Assembly (NCBI RefSeq): GCF_964194025.1
Contig: NC_134471.1
Coordinates: forward strand, 37,758,001 to 37,822,000
Reading direction: 5' to 3'
DNA from: Convolutriloba macropyga
Taxonomy: Eukaryota
DNA: 64,000 nt
Position numbers and translations under genes: made by a program. This document shows, piece after piece, positions 1 to 12,619 of the stretch (the stretch's first letter is position 1; every line of letters starts with the position of its first letter). The notes beneath the pieces are model-generated. The model was not told the origin of the DNA. It made no database searches and saw only the letters and a list, made by a program, of their open reading frames with translations.

Positions 1-873
1 AAACTTTACTTAAAAAGGCTGCTTAAACACGCAATTACAGTGACTTTTTTAGTGAAGTAATAATCTGATTAATTGTATCTAAGTCGTAGAGTAACGTCGA
101 AACGTTTTAATATTTTTGTACCTTTTTCGGACGTACTTTTTAGTACTTTTTTCGGACGTCGTTGAAACCAGTACAAGTTATGTTTACCAAAAACTCAGTA
201 TGAACTAGTATGAATGCACTGATTTAAAATTGATTTAAAGTATAAAATTTACACCTCACTAAAATGGACACAATTTTACCAGAAGAAGCTCTAATTGAAT
301 TGTAAATTATTTTACAAAGCAATTCAGATTTTGAGAGAAAATTTCAAGCAAGCATCATTTGATGATTTTTATTGAGTCAATAAAATGAAATAGGAAATTA
401 GAGACGATGTTTTACCAAGAGTTGTATTTTTAACAAGAATAATTCTGACTGTTTTATTAAATTATGTGCTCTATATTTAAGCAATTTCTTGAGAAAATAT
501 AAAGCAAAACAAATGAACTTATAGACGCTAGAAATCGAACAAAAATAAGAAGTTTTCAAATGTATTTGAAGCAGATAATTTGACGTTTTTTTCTGTCAGT
601 TCAATATTGCGGTTCGATTTGAATTATTGGTGATTTTTTGTGTGCAAAAATAATGGATCTTTTGGACTTAGTATGATTAAAAGTCAACCAAATTTCATAT
701 GAGAAGAGAAGAGCAGTGTTGTAAAATAAGACTTTTTTGTTTCTTTCTCAAACTTTTTTGATGATGGTTTTGAAAAATTTTCATCAGTGATCAATTTAAT
801 CAAAGTCAAATGAAAGCTTGAGTACCTGCTGCAGGTCAAAGTTTGAATCTTTTCCGTTTCCCCCCATACGTTA

Positions 874-952
874 TGCGCCCCCAGTTACAGAGCACGTGCC
901 ATTACAAAGGAAATCATTGTGTAAAAATATGGCACGTGCGTCTGGGGGTGCA
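874..952. repeat. Short imperfect GC-rich inverted repeat (possible MITE remnant)
   Basis: gcgcccccag/ctgggggtgc and gcacgtgccat/atggcacgtgc form nested inverted pairs. Confidence 0.4.
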
Positions 953-2199
953 AATAATATGCGCCAACTAAGCTGGGGGAGCACAAACAGAAGAGATCCC
1001 AAAGTTTCAGAAATTTGTTTGAAGTTTTAGAAAGAAAAAAATTCTTCACTTTAAATTTTACTTAAAGACGGACAGCCAAGGAGTATAAAAAGAACTGAAG
1101 TCTCTTAAGTAGAAAAATAAAAACTAAGTCTTTTTTGTTCTTTTCTGAAGCTTTCTTTTTCCTCCTGTCATATTGAATGGCACTTAAAGAACCAATTCAT
1201 CATTTTTAAAGTCAAATCAATTTTAAAACCATCTGAAAACTGGGTGAAAACTTTAAAACTTTTAAATTGAATTTCAACGGACGCTTTCAAGAAGATCATG
1301 ATTTTACATTGTTCCGAAAAATCTTCTGATTAAGGATATTTATTTGTTAATGAAAAAGATTATAAAACTTTGATTTTTTCCAGTTTTTAAGCTGAAATAA
1401 TAATGCAACTGTCAACCTGATGAGATTTTTAGTTAGAATCTCATTTAATGCGTCAGGCGTAATCAACAAATTACAGACTAATGATCACCTTTTCCATGTT
1501 TTTGAAAATCTAGATTATCTGTTGTTCTGTTCTTAAATATCCCACATTTTTCAACTCTGTGAACAGTAAATTATTTCAGTTTTGAAATGAATCAATCCAA
1601 TCTCCGATGGTTAAGAGGAAGTGCCCGCTCCAATTGACAAATTCTAATATTTTATTAAAAATTTGTCCCACTCTTCTTTTAAAACCAAAAAGATATAACG
1701 TTATTCAAACGCTGCTTTCATTGTATCAAAATATCAGCAAAACAGAATCAAAACAAAAAACTTGTTAATGAAGCTAGAGAAACCGACCACACGATGGTCG
1801 AAGTAAACAAATTGTGTTCTGACTGAAACTCGTTCCCTGTGGTTTCCTGTAGTTTTCGTTCTTATCAGTAGTTCAATTGAATTGAGTTTTGGTCAAAGAG
1901 AACCGCAAACAGCAGTCACGAAGTACTCTACTTTTCTAAATCTTAAAAGCTGCGTAAGAATTAAGAAAAGAGTAAACTGTGAACTTTTTCCTTCTTTTTC
2001 CTTTTTTATAACTTATTAGCGTTTTCCGTTTCAGTTTTTTCAATATGCAAGCTTCAAAACTTTGTTGTTTAGTTACATCGAAAACCTATAGCATCTATAG
2101 AATTTTTCAAAATTGTGAAATAAGGTATTAATTGGGAGAGAAAACATACGCAATAATTGAAAAAATGTCATTTTTTTGGACTATTTATCACAATTAAAT

Positions 2200-5100
2200 T
2201 GTACAAGTAAATTGTATCCCCTTTCTCTTTTTTTCTTTTTCCTTTTTATTGTTTGAAACAGCATCTTTTCACAAAATGCAGATAAAAAGGAACACTCAAT
2301 CAGCAAGTTGACATAGTAGTGTACAATCTTGCAGTGCATGTTTGTATTTATCAAGGATAGTTTATCAGTTAAAGTTACGTCACGTACGCATAACATGAGA
2401 AATACATCAGAAATATGTCAGCGTTCAAATCTAAACTCCTTCCATGGAAATTTAGCGTACGCTATCTGTTTTGAATTGTTCCTAAATTCAGCTACAAAGT
2501 GAGTTTCTGGTCAATTCTTGAAAGCCTTCAAAATAGTACTGTCGCATTTGAGATTTGATTTAAGTCTTGCTTTGTTCCATAAATCACAAATATTACAAAA
2601 AATTGAGTTCTGGAACAATTGGCAGTTGTGCCGCACAGGATGGTACCACAAACAAATACAAGTTTGATTTAAAATCTGAGAGTTTGGAAAATCTAAGTTT
2701 CTATATGGAGCAATGTTGTTTTGTTTTATTTTGTAGAAATAAACTATGATTTTCGATTTTAGAAAGAAACTAACTGGGAGTATCTCATGTTTTAGTTTCA
2801 AATCTGCGGAGGTGTCGTATTTGCGTCTGTCGCGGCATGTGTTACCAGCCCAACTTAGTTGTTTATCTAAAGATATTATCAAGTTTTTTGATAAACCGCT
2901 AAGTAAGTAGCCGTATAATGGAGGTGACTAAGAACTAGAGCAAAAAGGAACGTAAGTTATTAAGTCTCGTTATTGGCAAACACTTTTCAATTATTCTGAT
3001 CTAAAAACACTACCAGATGTTTCACTGTTGTTTAAACTTGAATAGTTTTGTTTTGAACTTTGATTGACTGATTCTGAGTTAATTTGTTTTGCTGCTTGTG
3101 ACAAAAAACTAAAAAATCGTTTTTTTAGCGTATAAATTTAATCTATGTTAATCAAAGAAAATTGAGTAATTTAGATTGCGTTTTCTAGTCTTTTCGACGT
3201 TTTAAGCAGACTGTGATCTCAACATAGAATGACTATGTCGTCTGCATATTTGGATGTTTTTATCTGATTGATATCGTTTATGTATGAATTGAACAATAGC
3301 GATTCTAAAACAGTCCCCACAGGAACACTTTTAAAAAAAGAAATCTAATCTACTTTAAAGTTTTTTACGATTGTTTTCTGTATCCGGGCCTGGGTGAAGC
3401 TTATAATTAGAAGTATTGCACTTTGATTAAGCTCAAGATATTATAGCTCGGAATATAGAATTTCATGGCCGATAGAGTCAAAAGTTTTGGAGAGAATTAA
3501 AGAAACTGTAGAAACAGTTTTACTTGTCGTTTATTTCCTTTCGAAAAACTTTTGTAAAAAATATCAGTGTTTCAGTGGTTGAAAATTTTTTTCTGAAGCC
3601 AAAATGTAATTCGATGTAAAGTTTTTCATTCGGCATATATTTCTCTATTTGATTATAAAAACATCGCTCAAATACTTTGGATAATGCTCCTGTTACCGAA
3701 ATTGGCCTGTTGTTTTTGGGGCCTTCTGGACTCCCTCTTTGGTAGAGCGGCGTAACAACAGCTCAATTTAAATCAGTTAGGAATCTCTTTTCGTATATAA
3801 ATCTGTTAAAAACGTTTGCGGCTTATGAATTGAATTTTACCATCCTTCAACGCTCAAGCTGACACGCCGCTAGGGCCTGGGGCTCCGCGAGGGTTTAATG
3901 ATTTTAAAAAATCTTTACACTCAAAAGCGGTTATAAAACGAAAAAAATGATTTCAAAATAGAATGATAAATGTTTTTAGAAGGACTTATTGGTGTTGAAG
4001 AAAATGTATGACCCAGTTTTGAAAATTTGTAGCTCAAACAGTTAGCCATTTGCTTTGATTGTGATAAAAGAACGTTAAAACTATTTCACAAGGAGTTTAT
4101 TGAACATCACGCTTTCCCGGAACTTCTTACGTTATTGATATTTTGCCATTTATCTTGCTCAGTACTCCCTTCATCAAATATTTTTCGGATAATTTCATCT
4201 GCAGCGTACTTTATCGGATCTTTGTTGTTCCTGATGAAAAATATGCAAGTGCAGCACTTTTTTGGATTCTGAAACATTCAAAACAATTTCTTTAAAAATG
4301 TTTTCTGCGTTTTCACAACAATAGAAAGTTATCCAATATGTTTGTTCTAAAATTTTATGAAATTCATAGTTAATAGCTACTTTTATCATAATTTTTTTGT
4401 AGGCCTGGTTTTGTAGAATATTTTGTTGTTAAATACTAGAAAAACTGCTTAATGATCAGTTTGAAACAAGAATCGCCATTGAAACAAGAGATGATCTCTT
4501 CAAAAGAATGTACAATAAAGTAAATGATTAAAATGTGGCTGTTATTCGTTATTATTTTGGTTGCATCACCGTTGTTTAATGCATTTATACCGTATGGAGT
4601 TAGAATTGCATCTAGTTTTGCTTTTTCAAGAGCATGCAGGTAATTTTTTTTGAAATCTCTCATAAGCATAACTGATTTGTTCTCTGTGACAGCATGATCA
4701 ATTTGTAAAGCTATTTCTTCCAGAAACCTGTTTGTGTTAGATTTATTAGAATTATAAGAGACGTTGATTGAATTTTCACACTTGCTCTGTGTTTCAGAGT
4801 AACTTTCAATTTCCATCACAGGCCTTCAAAGTAGTTGCTGATTGCAAGGAGGTCATTTCTTCCTTTGGGAGTAAACGCTCTTGGAATAAGCAACATAACT
4901 CCGCCACATTTGGTTTTTTAAAGTTTTTGTTGCGTTGCAATCACAACAAAAAACGACAAATTTTGTGCTATGTGTGCCCCATAGATTGAGATCGTTTGTT
5001 TTATCTAACCAAGTCTCACTTAGACCTATTATCGTGTTTTCATTGAAGTCAATGAGAAGTTGTTTCAACGACATTCGCTTCCTTGGAGGGCTTTGGCAAT

Positions 5101-6420
5101 CGAGATGTATAAAATTCGAATTATTATCTTACTGTTTGAAAAACACCCTACTTTCCTCATAGCGATAACGATTTGGGTCTTGGTTAGTTTCTATATCACA
5201 CCAACAGAAATTAGAAAGGTCAAGAGCAGTTCAAATGAAAATTGGATATGGATTGAGATCTGGATTTCAATCTCGCTCTCTCTTTTGGTTTGTCTTTTCA
5301 GAGTATTTAATGCGTATGGTAAAAAGTATTCATCAACTGCGTTGAACAAAATAATTATCAGGGCTAAGCAAACGAGAACAACAGAGAACTTCATTTTAAA
5401 CAAAAAGATAGTTTTCAACAACTTTGAAAAACTAAAGCTTAAGTACCTTTCATTGATGCTGAAAAACAAAAGATGGATAATCATCAGCATGTTGATATTG
5501 CATGTTACAAAAATTCTTTCATTGGAAAAAGGAGGGCTGTTAAATTTATCACACTTGTGGTTTGACACAAAGTTTTTCTGTCTCAGGTTAAAAATTTGGT
5601 CATTTATATCAAATGCGCACTTTAACGTGAGGGTTTAGTTCGCTCAGTTTAATATCAAGTAATAAACTTAGTAGCCCCTTTCGAGATGTCGAAAGAACTC
5701 TTCGAAGTGGGAGTGATTAATAAGTTTTTTTATACAATGTCGGAAAGAAACAGTTAGATTTCTGATTAGCAAGTTCTTGGATCATTGCATTGAACATTTG
5801 TATGAGATCGTGAGTTTCTGTATCTTGACTTTTAAGAATTGGTGAAACTTTGCAAAGCAGTTATTCTCTGTGTCAAAATTTGTTTTGAACAGTTTTTATC
5901 AATTCTTTGTAATCTGATTTGTTAAGTTCACATTCCTTCTTTTAGTGTTTCAGTACCACATTTGTGCCGTTGTTTTAAAACAACAACATCAAGCTTCTGC
6001 TCTGGATATTGATTCATAACACGGATTGTTTCGCTAGTTTTTGAGCCGGAAAAACTATCCACTTGCATGTTTTCGTCAATTTGAAAAGGTTTCACCTTTC
6101 TTAGATTGCCACTTCCTAATAATAAATGTCCACCCTTCATGAGTTGGTTTGGCTTAAAAATAGGTTCGAATACGCTCCTTTTATTTGAGGGTTTCTCTTG
6201 TTTTTTCAAGGAACACGTTCAACGAATCATTCGTTTTTGAAGTGTAGCGACCCCTTTTATTGTTCACCAAACTCAATGAGTCCTTTGGCTCCTCCACTTG
6301 AGTGAAAACATCATCACTTCCATTTAGTTCGTCATAAATTTTGCAGTAGATCTCATACAGTTCTGTAACTGGCTTTGATATAAGTTGTAGGAATGAAAAT
6401 TTGTTCATGTTCGAAAAAAT
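2200..6420 (-). mobile_element. Decayed near full-length non-LTR retrotransposon (CR1/L2-like LINE A)
   Basis: Minus-strand remnants in order: ORF1 with SGNH-like LLLGSGNLR/KLDVVVL (5928-6408), APE endonuclease IIGLSETWL (4853-5074), RT motifs LSKTFDSIGH (~3470-3500) and VPVGTVL..LLFNSYIND..YADD (~3235-3330), A-rich 3' end ~2220. Boundaries approximate. Confidence 0.8.
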
Positions 6421-7107
6421 GTTTCAGTAGTCTACTTAGCTGAAGTTTTAAGAGATGCGTTTTATCTGTTAAAGTTCATTCGTTTATCTTTTAAAGTTCA
6501 ACTGTATTCAAAAAGCGCAATTCAAATGTTCAATGAATATTGTATTTTTCTGTAAAAATACAACAGCTTTTTTGACGGCCACAAAATGAAGTTGTTCTTG
6601 TTTTGGTACAAATCGTGAGCAAAGACTGAAGAATAAACGGATAAAAAAGCAGGCCAATATTTAACTTCATTTCGAAAAACTTTGAAAATTTCTCCGCAGA
6701 TCTTAAAAGAAGAACAATTCACGGGCCTTATTGTCTTTTGGATGCCAAAAACGCATTAGTCAAAACCGTAGTAACAGAAATTGTGGTACAATTTCAACCA
6801 GTCAAAAACTCCGGTATAAATTGTGTTTAAATCAATTTCTGTCGTCTCATCATTACAAAAAAAGCGCATGCAAAGTTAAAATGCCAATGACCAATCGGCA
6901 ATCTACACTCGGCAGTTTTCATACAGAGCGATTTTTCAATTTCTTTCATCTTTTTGACCTTGATGTTTTTACGTCTTTAAAACGAAACTACGCAGGCCTT
7001 TTCACGCATTAGCTAGCTTATCAAAACTGAATCTTTTCTTGTCTTTTGTTGATCAAAACAATTGGATTGAACTTCTATTTTTCTCTATTATTATTATTGA
7101 CTGGACG

Positions 7108-7797
7108 ATGGAATCAAGCAACACAGAGGATGTGGCTAATGGTATCGTGAGTAAAAACAACACACAGACTTCACAAATACAAGAGTTACAAACGGAAGTA
7201 TCTAAGCTTCGTAAAATATTGTCGAACAAGACCAAAAAATTGAAATGCTTGCGCGATAGGCTCAGAGCACACGAACGGTACTCAAGGAAAGATAGCGTTT
7301 TAATCGTTAACCCCCTATGTGATAGTCGAAGTGTACAGGACGTTACCCTCGAAACATTGAAATTTTTTGATAAATTTTTCGGATTGTACCTGAAGAGACC
7401 CAGCATCAAAATTGCCATATTGCACCGGTTCAGCTGAAGTACAACAAAATGCCTACTGTTACTTGCAATTTCATCTACTTTGCTGACCAAAAAGAAATTT
7501 TTAAGAAGACGAGCCTTACGAAACATGAAAAACGCAATCAACGGAAACAATATCTACATAAACGAGCCACTCCCTGAATGTGAGGCTCAAATCAAATCAG
7601 AGGCTAGGAAACGCAACTTAATTACAACAACACACAATTGCGTTGTTTCCGTGCTCGTTGCAAACAACGAACAAAAACCTCAATTCGTTCGGGTGAACGA
7701 AATAGAAGAATTAGACAAGCTTACAACCTTTAAAAAGCATAATGTTCAGGACGATGATGTAGACGTCAGATCCCCCGCTTCCAAACGACAAAAATAG
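7108..7797 (+). pseudogene. LINE B ORF1 (coiled-coil + RRM-like), disrupted
   Basis: Coiled-coil then ERYSRKDSVLI...IYINEPL; homologous to 41521-42146. Confidence 0.75.
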
Positions 7798-8382
7798 TTA
7801 AATAAGATGAGAACTGGAAAACAAAATCTGAATCAAAATAATTATTCTTGATTTATGTTGAAATGTGCTTTCTGTTTCCATAACCTAAAAATTCCCATCA
7901 TGTTCAACCGGAAGAACAAATTTATCTTTTTATTAGGATTCTAAAAATTAGTATTATTATTTCACCTGACGCTGCAGAAAACCAACAGCTGGTAAAAACC
8001 TTGGTTAGCAAAGTTCTCTGTCCTTAACTCTGCTTGTGATTTCCGCAAGTAGTCTTTTCGGACTGTGATATACGCAGTCTTTTTGAAAAGACAGGGGCTA
8101 AGAATGAGTAAATTTGTAATCATTGCTGCTCTCTTCCCGTGATTTTCGCGGGAACTGATTCCATTTGATACAATTATTCTGCTGAAAGTTTTTGATTTTT
8201 TTTTTACTTTTTTTGCTTTTTTTTGCTTTTTTTGCTTTTGTTTTGAGTTTTTTGTTTTTTTCGTTTTTTTTACGGTTTAATTTTTAAATCGTTTGGAAAT
8301 TTTATAATTAGGATGTTTCTGGCGGCCTGCGTAGCTAGTTAGTTAACCAATTAAATTAAACCTTCAACTCTTGTCGATAAAC

Positions 8383-11201
8383 ATGTCGAACTGTTTCCAA
8401 ATCATGCTTCGAAACATTCGTTCACTAAGCAAAAACTTTGATGATCTACAAGTGTTACTAGAAAGCCTTAGCGAGAAACCGTCGGCAATCTGTCTGACGG
8501 AAACTTGGCTCAAGGAATTTCATCACAAAAAATCAGTGTTCCTAGAGGGTTATAGACCTCTCGTTAATATCAATAGAAAAAAAAGATGAGGCAGTGTTGC
8601 TATTTTTATTAAAAAATCTCTACAAGCAAAGTTGTTAAATCGTGTAATTTAAATGGACTTCAGGCACTCACTATGAGAGTTACCGGAACCGTCGAAACCG
8701 TCATCTATGTAACTTGCATGTATATGCCTCCAAATTCAGTTAACACGGAAACCCTCACAAAAATTGAAAGTTATATTGACAGTTTAATAATATAACCGCA
8801 ATCTTATAATATCGTCTGTGGTGACTTTAATATCAATTTTTTGAAGAACAATCAGATACGAGAGACGATTAAGGAAATTTTGAAAGGATGTTGTATAAAA
8901 ATAATTGATGAAAATTCAATCACGCGAGAAACCGAATGCTCAAAATTAACTTTAGACATCTTCTTTGGCAATTTTACAGCAGAGTTAAAAAAATGTGCAT
9001 CTGATCATTATTCTGTATTTCTTGGTTTTCAGGCAGGAACACAGATGGAAAACAAACTTGAATACATCACTTCAAGAAACTGGCAAAAACTTAAAGATAT
9101 CTCCTTTATTGAAAAAATAAATTTTGTTCTGAGTCATGAAATATCAAAACTGCAAAGTTGTGAGAAATACAAGACAATTGATAACAAGTTTGAAGAGCTT
9201 CAAATAATACTGAAATCAATTTTGGACAGATATCTTCCCAAGCAGGTTGTAAAAAATAAAAACCATCACAGCTGGGTTGATAACCAGTTGAAAAGAGAAA
9301 CTGCAAAAAAGAATTGGATGTTCAGAGAAAGTATGAAATCAAAAACATAGAACCAAGAACAACGTAAAAAAGCCAAACGTATGTTGAAAGTAAAAATGAA
9401 ACAATTTTTATCATAAAATAATAGAAAAGCATGCAGCAAAGTCAAACAGAAAATGTTTTCAATTAATAAGAAATCTTAGTGGAAATCAGCGAGAAAAAGT
9501 ACAAAATCTCAATCAAAAGGAAGTAAACTATTTCAATCACTTCTTTTTAGCAATTGGTGAAATTTTGAATAAAATTTAGAGTGAGTGTTCATTAAAAAAC
9601 CAATATTTAATCTATGTTTTTGCAACCAAGGAGCAAAAAAGAAGTGCTTAGAGTTGCCCAGGAGTCTAGGTTAAAATACATCGAACACTATATGGATCAC
9701 AACTATATCTTTATAAAATCTGTAGCAGCTACTATCGCGCGCTACCTATACAAACTGATTAACGTATGTTTTCAGGAAGACAGTTTTACGGACTCATTGA
9801 AAATAGCATCAGTAATACCGCTACATAAAGAATGTGAAAAAAGTGAACCCAAAAACTTCCGCCCAATATCTCTCCTACTTTACTCGTGAAAATTTAGAAA
9901 AAATTATTCTATATCGTATTTCTAACTATTTTAAAGACTTTGAAAATTTAAACAGCAAAAAATTCGGTTTTAGGGAAAAAAGAGGAAATGTTGACGCAGT
10001 TAGCACTTTGGTTGAGTTGATACAATCATCAAAAACCGATCATCAATAAGCACACTTATTGCACATTTTTAGATTTACGTAAAGCTTTCGACAATATTGA
10101 CAGAAAAATTCTGCTTATATGTGTAAAATGTATGGACTAAGGGGTCCTCTATACAATATTTTGGAATCTTATTTGAAAAATAGGAAATAATTTGTACAGT
10201 CTGGACAAAGGAAGTCGCAAATGACAGAAGTCAAATACGGGGTGCCACAAGGGTCTATATTAGGCCCACTTCTTTTCATTGTTTACATAAATGATTTGAA
10301 AACCAACAGCCCATGCTCGAACTTCACTCTATATGCTGATGAGACTGCAGTTTATACAAAATCAAATTAAGCAAATGCTTGTCGGGAACATCAACAGATC
10401 TTATCTCAAACAGAAAACTGGCTTAAATTGAACAAACTTACTTTCAACACGGATAAAAGTAAAACCATAACCTTTATGACTAAGCATGACAGAAATGAAA
10501 TCTTTACAATGAACGGAAAGCGCCTTAAAAATCTAAATTCTTTAAGTTACTTGGGCATAACGATTGACAAAAAATTATGTTTTTGAGAACACTCGAAACG
10601 CGTAGAAGAGAAATTGGTACAATTTTGCGGACTTTTCTATAAATTGAGAAAAATTTTAAATCGCAGCCAATTGATCAAGATTTTCAACACTTATGTTAAA
10701 CCAGTGGTTCAATACGGGATTCTAGTCTATGGGACTGCCAGTAAAGCCACGATGCAGAAAATCGACGCAAAAATTAATAGAATACTAAGAGTAATTTTTT
10801 TTTTCGAAAGTTTGATTCAGTTTCTCAGAGAGAATTACAAAAAAGTTTTTTCGGCCCAGGAGCTTCATCTGTACGAGGTTTTCAAATTGATGACAAAATG
10901 CATAAGACGTGAAAGTTGCATCATGGACATTAATCACTTCATTACACAAAATGAACTGTCAAAATTGTGCTCATGCGAAAATCGAGTTAAAGCTGTCCCC
11001 CTTAATTCATCTTTTACCGAAAACAGTCTGTCAAATAAAATCCGAAAACTCTTAAACGTTTTTCTCAAACTGGATTCTAATTTTGTAACAAAAGTGAAAA
11101 ATTTGAGCGGTGCACAGTTAAAAAATTTTGCTCACGAAAAGCTAGAAAAATATTTTTTACTGAATGAACAACTCACTAGGTTAATTTATGGCTTAAAATA
11201 G
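8383..11201 (+). pseudogene. LINE B ORF2 endonuclease/reverse transcriptase, multiply disrupted
   Basis: [53 protein letters not shown]. Confidence 0.92.
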
Positions 11202-11857
11202 AAACTTTATTCATAAAAAATTATGAACAATTTGAAATCATTTCAATACTAACCTTTCTTTTTTTCTCGCTATCACTTTAATTTTGATTTACACTAAATA
11301 ACTTTTAAAATAAATAACATGAAATTTCTCTTCCGACTGTGAGACGCCTGAAAACGGACCTTATGGTCTAATGGCGATCTTTCTGCTGCTCTTTTTTATA
11401 TGTATTGGTCAACTGTGTAAGTGCTCTATTTATTCTGTAAAGACACCAGTAAACATTTTTTATTATTATTATTATCTCAAACGAAACAAGTTTCGTGTTT
11501 TAAGCAAGGTCACGTGACTGTGCTACACGTTTCTCGATAAACGACAGAAATTTTTAGAGATTTCAAGCATAGTGACGTAACATATAATTAAAGTTAAGCA
11601 GTTAAGCAAAAGTTAAGTCATACATTCAGTTAAAGATCTTATCTATTGAAATATGTTGCCCTCACTTTATAATTTGAAACAGATTGAGTTACTCTGTTAT
11701 CCGCTTCGGAAAAACAGTTGACAGTTTTTTAAATCAAAGAGATCAAGAAACATTATATATTGACTCTAGTAACCCAAAAACACAACATTCTTCTAACTTT
11801 TTATTTATTTTACTGCATTGACACAATCAGGTTATAATTAATTATTTTTTTGACATA

Positions 11858-11902
11858 TCATCTCTTCTGGGTGGGTCCTTCGACGTCAACCTGTCGTTTT
11901 TT
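11858..11902 (-). CDS. Candidate prepropeptide gene, last coding exon (KKRQVDVEGPTQKR*)
   Basis: tttcag acceptor at 11903-11904, 45 nt in phase 0 ending TGA; minus-strand AATAAA at ~11800-11810. Confidence 0.6.
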   Translation of the reverse strand, partial: KKRQVDVEGPTQKR

Positions 11903-12081
11903 CTGAAACAAGCAGATATCTAACCTCAGAGCATCATATCATTCATGATCTTGAAATATCAGTCGTACGAGATTGACAATCTAAACTTTTGAACAGGTTT
12001 TCTTGGACCCGATGAAATGTTGAGGAAATTTGCAGCAAGAGTAATCTTGTATAAATAATGACCAGAAAAAAAGCATCAAAC

Positions 12082-12156
12082 CGGATATACGCCTCGCGCT
12101 TCGTTGAGGTCTTCTCGGTGGCCCGTTCCTGCTACCCCAAAGCCCTGTCGTTTACC
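12082..12156 (-). CDS. Candidate prepropeptide gene, coding exon 3 (GKRQGFGVAGTGHREDLNEARGVYP)
   Basis: tttcag acceptor, CCG|gtttga donor, 75 nt phase 0, GC-rich island in AT-rich DNA; shares GFGxAGTG with exon at 37094-37171. Confidence 0.65.
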
Positions 12157-12619
12157 CTGAAACATGAATGCAGCATTTTTATATTATAAATTTTGAACAC
12201 AGTGTGGATGAAAAAGGGTCGTTTAAGTCTTTAAAGGATAAATATACTAGTTTGACTTGATGATTTCAACACAAAATTTCAAGGTTTTTGGTCTACCATA
12301 GTAAACAGGCCAAAACCAGCTCTTATAAGACAGATTTTTTGCAGCTAACTTTGAGTACGCTACGCCTCTCGAAAAAGTTTGGCACCAAGTCTGCTGTCTG
12401 TGTAGCCTGACCAGGGCCCGAAGGCAACCACGGTCACTATCAATTGCCAATGTTGATAGAAAACTTTACATGCGTTGAATGCGTGTGAAATTAATGCACG
12501 CATGTTTGGCAAGGGAAAACTGCTCTACAGTTCCAAGTGAAATGCTACGTACATTTGAGCAAAATCGTGAACAGCCAATACTCCTTCATGCGCCGATCAA
12601 AACAATTTTTATAAGAAAC

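Larger units (their letters stand above)
7040..11476 (+). mobile_element. Decayed full-length LINE B (ORF1 + APE/RT ORF2, (TAT)n tail)
   Basis: ORF1 and ORF2 remnants, ending in tattattattattat at 11461-11475. Confidence 0.9.

Noticed and set aside
2511-2882. Possible host exons
   Set aside because: Better explained as the decayed C-terminus of LINE A ORF2 (FQNSIF..LWN)
5060-5638. 192-aa hydrophobic plus-strand ORF
   Set aside because: Antisense to the LINE A spacer, no ATG at the annotated start, AT-rich composition
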